Below are positions 59,901 to 64,000 of a stretch of DNA of 64,000 nucleotides, one piece after another (position 1 is the first letter of the stretch; each line of letters begins with the position of its first letter). The stretch spans positions 660,964-724,963 of the forward strand of contig CAJFCJ010000026.1 of assembly GCA_904063045.1 (NCBI GenBank). Direction: 5' to 3'. Below the pieces are notes generated by a model that was given only the letters and a program-made list of their open reading frames with translations, did no database searches and was not told the DNA's origin. A program made the position numbers and the translations under genes. Source of the stretch: Dimorphilus gyrociliatus. Taxonomy: Eukaryota > Animalia > Annelida.

Positions 59901-60336
59901 GATAAACGAGTTAACAGCTCAGCAATTTTATCATCCCTCTCCGAATCTGATAGATTCTTTTCAACTATATTATCACGAAGGTATTCCAAAAGTTCTCGAA
60001 TATTTTTAACAAGTGTTAAAAAGTTATAGTCATTAAGAAACTTCCTTAAATATATACACTGCCTTTCGAAAGCAAACGAAAATTCCATAGCGGATATTCT
60101 AGGCTTTGTGTATTTAATAATTTCTTCGCTCAACTCAAACAATGTCTCAGCGTTTAAAATTTTACAAACAACCTCTGACAATTTGTTATGATCTTTTAAG
60201 ATATCGAATTTAATACTTTGTGATAGATGAAAAAGAAATCTCTCATATTCAACTCTTTCCAAAACTTTAGGCACTTCATTCTCAAGCCAACTTGAAATTT
60301 TATTAGCTTGTTGCAAACATACATCGGATGTTACGG
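56917..60336 (-). CDS. Unknown protein of three tandem ~200-aa helical domains, one per exon (60336-59776, 59700-59038, 57884-56917); 5' end unresolved
   Basis: All introns are phase 1 GT-AG. Shared motif LSSKFGHGWL / LTKTYGENWL / MTQTFGDNWT, plus aligned cysteines in domains 2 and 3. Confidence 0.72.
57928..58631 (+). mobile_element. 704-bp internally deleted Tc1 (MITE-like) with TA target-site duplication and ~190-bp imperfect TIRs
   Basis: TA|ctgtcccaagaaaaagtctctggcagggttgttcttat ... ataagaacaaccctgctagagactttttcttgggactg|TA. Internal FQQDGARCHT and LNIIE remnants. Confidence 0.9.
58780..58998 (-). mobile_element. Tc1 5' fragment (TA|CAGTCAC family)
   Basis: Terminus TA|CAGTCAC at 58998; homologous to 53430-53605. 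Confidence 0.68.
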
Positions 60337-61175
60337 CTAAAGAACACAAATAAAAAGAGGATATTTTACAAACAATAAAACATTGAAAATAAAAAACTAT
60401 TATTTATCTTACAAATTGATTTTCCGTTTAGAAAGAGAGCTGAAATTAATGTTAAAGATAAGAGAACTTTCATTTTTTCTTATCAATGATTAAATTACTT
60501 TTTTTTTGTTTTTTTATATCATTTTTTTTAAAGGAAATTACTGAATTGGTTTATTATATCAATTGTCCATTTAATATATTTATTTCAATTCCTTTTAAAT
60601 ATAATCCTTTTTAGGCGAGCAATTGTCCGAATTCTAGTACAATTATAATAATGAATATAAAGAGTGTAAGTTTGCGATTACAAGATAAATTCTTAACATC
60701 AATTTTCGTTGTTGTTTTGCCTATTTCGTCTTTGATAGTCGATAACGTTAAGATGTTAAGATGAGGAAGAAAAAAATCTTAAAATTTTTGGTATTTCCTA
60801 GCATGTTATAAATATAGGCCGTTAAAAAACTATTTTTATCAAGCATTTTTAAGATAAGAGATCAAGTGATTATCGTTTAGAAAAAAAAATTTCCAAAAAC
60901 CAATATTTTTAACAGAGAAAAATAAAAAAAAATATTTTTTTTTTATAAAGGAAACTATTAAATATGGAATATTGAACGGTTTTTCTTTTTTTCCTCTTTT
61001 CTCTTCTTTAGATTACTCACCGTTCATAGTTTGGTTTTCTATAAACAGAAATTTATGCAAAATATCCATACGTTTATTTCTTCGTCATATATATAAATTA
61101 GCGATCATGGTTAATCTTTTCAAAAAAGAGAATATCTTCTGTGAGAGAAGAGCGAAAAGGGAATAGATTGGAATA

Positions 61176-62114
61176 ATGATAAAATACGTTAGTATATGGA
61201 GGAAGAAATTAAATCTTAAGAACGATATACTTTGCCAAGCTTGTATTGATAATTCGCAGAAGAATTTAAGAACTTATCAGGAAAAATGTGGTAAGGTTTT
61301 AAAGAAGATAAATCTAGATAGTGGAGACTCTTTCTATCAGAAGAAAAGGTAGATAGTTTTCCTAAGAGAAGAAATGATTGTTGTTAATCTATTAATCTTT
61401 CAGGCATATCTATTATTATTGGGTAAGGGAAGATCTGATATTCATGCTATATATTGATCCTAATACGGATAAAAAGGGAGCAATAACGTTTCTGACAAAT
61501 GTAAACAATGGTTTTTTTTTCTTAATATAGTGTTATATATATATTAATAACTAGTTAACATTTTAAGGTCTATAATGAGTTTATTAGAAGAAATCTCAAT
61601 GATAAAGTCATCTATCTCAATCCAAAGAATAGAAATAGTATGGATTTTCAAACTTATCTAACGAATGAATTGGTATATAAAATATTCTAAAAATAAATTC
61701 GAAATTTCCATGTTTTTCTTATCTATAGATTCAAGCCGGAGACAATCCTTTTTATAGTCAACCACAAAATATTCCACTAATACCCATTCAATCGAATAAA
61801 GGCAGTTTATGTCCTATTAATGAACATTCAATTGAATTAAACGAAACAAAGATTGACATTTGCGAGGTTATTATCATACTTTTAGGCCTATAATGTATAC
61901 AATTTTTTTTTTACTATTCTCCTAACTTTTCTTCTAACAGGATCCGAAAGATTGCCAATTGGATTTAGAGGAAAGTGATAAAGAAAATATGATAATTAAG
62001 CCTAATAGAATCGTTAACTATGCCCTTATTGCAATGACAATACTAGTATTTATCTTGTTATGCCTTGTTATATTTTTTTTGCATAAATTAGAACTTGTTG
62101 GAACTAGATTGTAA
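61176..62114 (+). CDS. Longin-domain tail-anchored protein without a SNARE motif (~228 aa). Exons 61176-61348, 61404-61500, 61568-61672, 61729-61866, 61941-62114
   Basis: Four frame-consistent GT-AG introns. MIKYVSIWR...KVLKKI...HIYYYWVREDLIFMLYID...AITFLTNVYNEF...MDFQTYL follows the VAMP7-type longin pattern. C-terminal TM YALIAMTILVFILLCLVIFFL. Confidence 0.72.
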
Positions 62115-62300
62115 AAACATTAAAATAAATTAAATAGAACTTTGAACGATATCAAAGATATAGAAATGATTTCAGTTTAAATCTTACTAAAAATTTCCCA
62201 CTTATTAGCAAAAATACATAGATAAGAAGTTGTATATATAGGCGATTTCAAAAAGAAATAACAATTTGAAGATTGCTCTTTTCAAAAAGAAGAAAAAAAG

Positions 62301-62767
62301 ATGAAATTTGCTATATTGGTTCTATTTTTCTTGTCTGTTTCTCTCTTTGCCTTCTCTAAAGGTAGGATTATAATTATATTAATATATTGTATTTTAATTA
62401 AGTTTTTTATTTATAAAGGACAAATAACTTGCTTTTCTTGTACTTCTGTTTTAAATCCAAATTGTGGTAATCCGTTTAAACCTGATAATATTTCTACTTG
62501 TATAACATATGGAGAATGCTTTAAAACAGTTGGTCAGTTGTCTAATAATATAATTTAACTTTAATTTAATTGTGTTTTTGATTGTTTCTAGCTGGAACAA
62601 TTTTTATGAGAGGTTGTTCACCTATTGCCACCTCTAGTGGTTGTACGACAGCCGACTCAGTTGCCGCCTGCTTCTGCAATAAAAACAAATGTAATTCATC
62701 CTCAAATCTAAAGCCAATTTTAAAAACTTTTGGAATTGTATTTACGATTTTTGCACTTTTGATATAA
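62301..62767 (+). CDS. Ly6/three-finger (quiver/sleepless-like) GPI-anchored protein. Exons 62301-62361, 62419-62532, 62592-62767
   Basis: Signal peptide, CFSC...C...C...C...C...C...CFC...CN ten-cysteine pattern, hydrophobic C-terminal tail, phase-1 introns. Confidence 0.88.
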
Positions 62768-64000
62768 ATTGATTTTTATACGAATAAAAACATTTTGAAC
62801 ACTATTAATTCATAATTAGTCTAATTTAAAGTTAAATATAAATTATAAGTAAAGAATAAAATGTCTAGTATGTAGAAGGATTGGTTAATAGCGGTTTGTG
62901 TTCGTGTGTGTGGGTGTTGTTCTTTAATTTAAGTAAAGAACATTTCTTTAATGAGCGATAACTGAATGATCTAATCCTGTTAATTATAGTCGGGTAAAGT
63001 ATGAAATACTGCATATATTAAAATATAGTTAATACATTAATTTATAATTATAATATGAATAATTTAAATAAAAAAGAAAATTTTATTATTTACTTCGCGG
63101 GAAATTATTAAAAGATTCGCAGCGAATAGAACGTTCCATTCTTTACTATTGTTTTTCTTTTTAAACATTTGAAATAATTTAATGGTTAAAGATGATAAAT
63201 TAACATTTATTAAAACTTCTGATCCGAGTGTATTCCTCTTTAAAAGGATCATAATAGTTTCATTATTGTTTTAGATTATATTATTATTAAACACTTTAAA
63301 AGTCTTTTGTTAATGCCTGAAAGGTAAGCTATTTTTAATCATTGATAATATGTAAAATGTGGTTTTTCGTCTTATTTATCACTGTTCGATAATAATTAAA
63401 TGATAGGGTAAAGAAAATTTTTACAATTTTAATATAACTTTTATACTGTATGACCTATTTGCTGCCTAATGAAGACACTGATCTCCGTTCGGATTGTCAC
63501 GGACGAACATTATACTTCCTTAAATCTTTCTTTTGTTCAAGGGAAGTGGAACATACTAATTTTCAACTATACCAAATGGAACAATTATATGGAAAGAAGA
63601 GGATAAGAAAATGTAATATTTTCAACTCTCAATTAATATTTATATTAATGGGAAGTTGATTTTATACATAAGACATCGATTGATAATTGATAACAATTGT
63701 CTGATAAGTAATAGATAGGAGAACTATTCAAATTTATTTGTGATAAGACGAACCTGACATCATCAAGCAGTTACAACTTATGATTAAAGCCGTTTTTTGC
63801 AATCATACCCTTTTTTGACTGAGACAGTCTAATAGTGTGAAAATAAAAACGCCCCTTATGAGTAAATAATACAGAGGTAACGAGTTATTTAAGGAATTCA
63901 TAGGCCTACTGATATGGATAACAATAATCCAATTGCGTAATTTCCATAGAATTTACTATGAGAAGATAAGATAGATAAAGCATACGTAGGCACAAAAGAT

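Noticed and set aside
1-64000. CRISPR arrays, rRNA genes or prokaryotic operons
   Set aside because: No repeat-spacer arrays or rRNA-like sequence were seen. Spliceosomal introns and a Pol III tRNA show the DNA is eukaryotic, so TTG/GTG starts in the ORF track are mostly exon-internal.

Overview
AT-rich eukaryotic (metazoan-type) genomic DNA with short GT-AG introns and the standard code; the species cannot be determined from sequence alone. The first ~33 kb is an NLR-type innate-immune cluster: three NACHT-LRR genes (two head-to-head, 277 bp apart), one NACHT-less LRR gene and one NACHT pseudogene. It is interleaved with BEL/Pao LTR-retrotransposon and Tc1/mariner debris, a divergent Rab5 paralogue and a C2H2 zinc-finger exon. 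The right half holds mostly orphan, multi-exon genes reconstructed by hand from splice signals: a zinc-finger pseudokinase, a THAP-only gene, a ~2,500-aa disordered protein with a PLDLS motif, a three-exon tandem helical-domain protein, a longin+TM protein with no SNARE motif, a Ly6/quiver-like gene and tRNA-Glu(TTC). The most striking feature is an intron-containing gene joining a ~900-aa repeat-rich disordered region to a BEL/Pao Gag capsid domain, a candidate domesticated gag. All family assignments come from motif recognition by eye; no searches were run.
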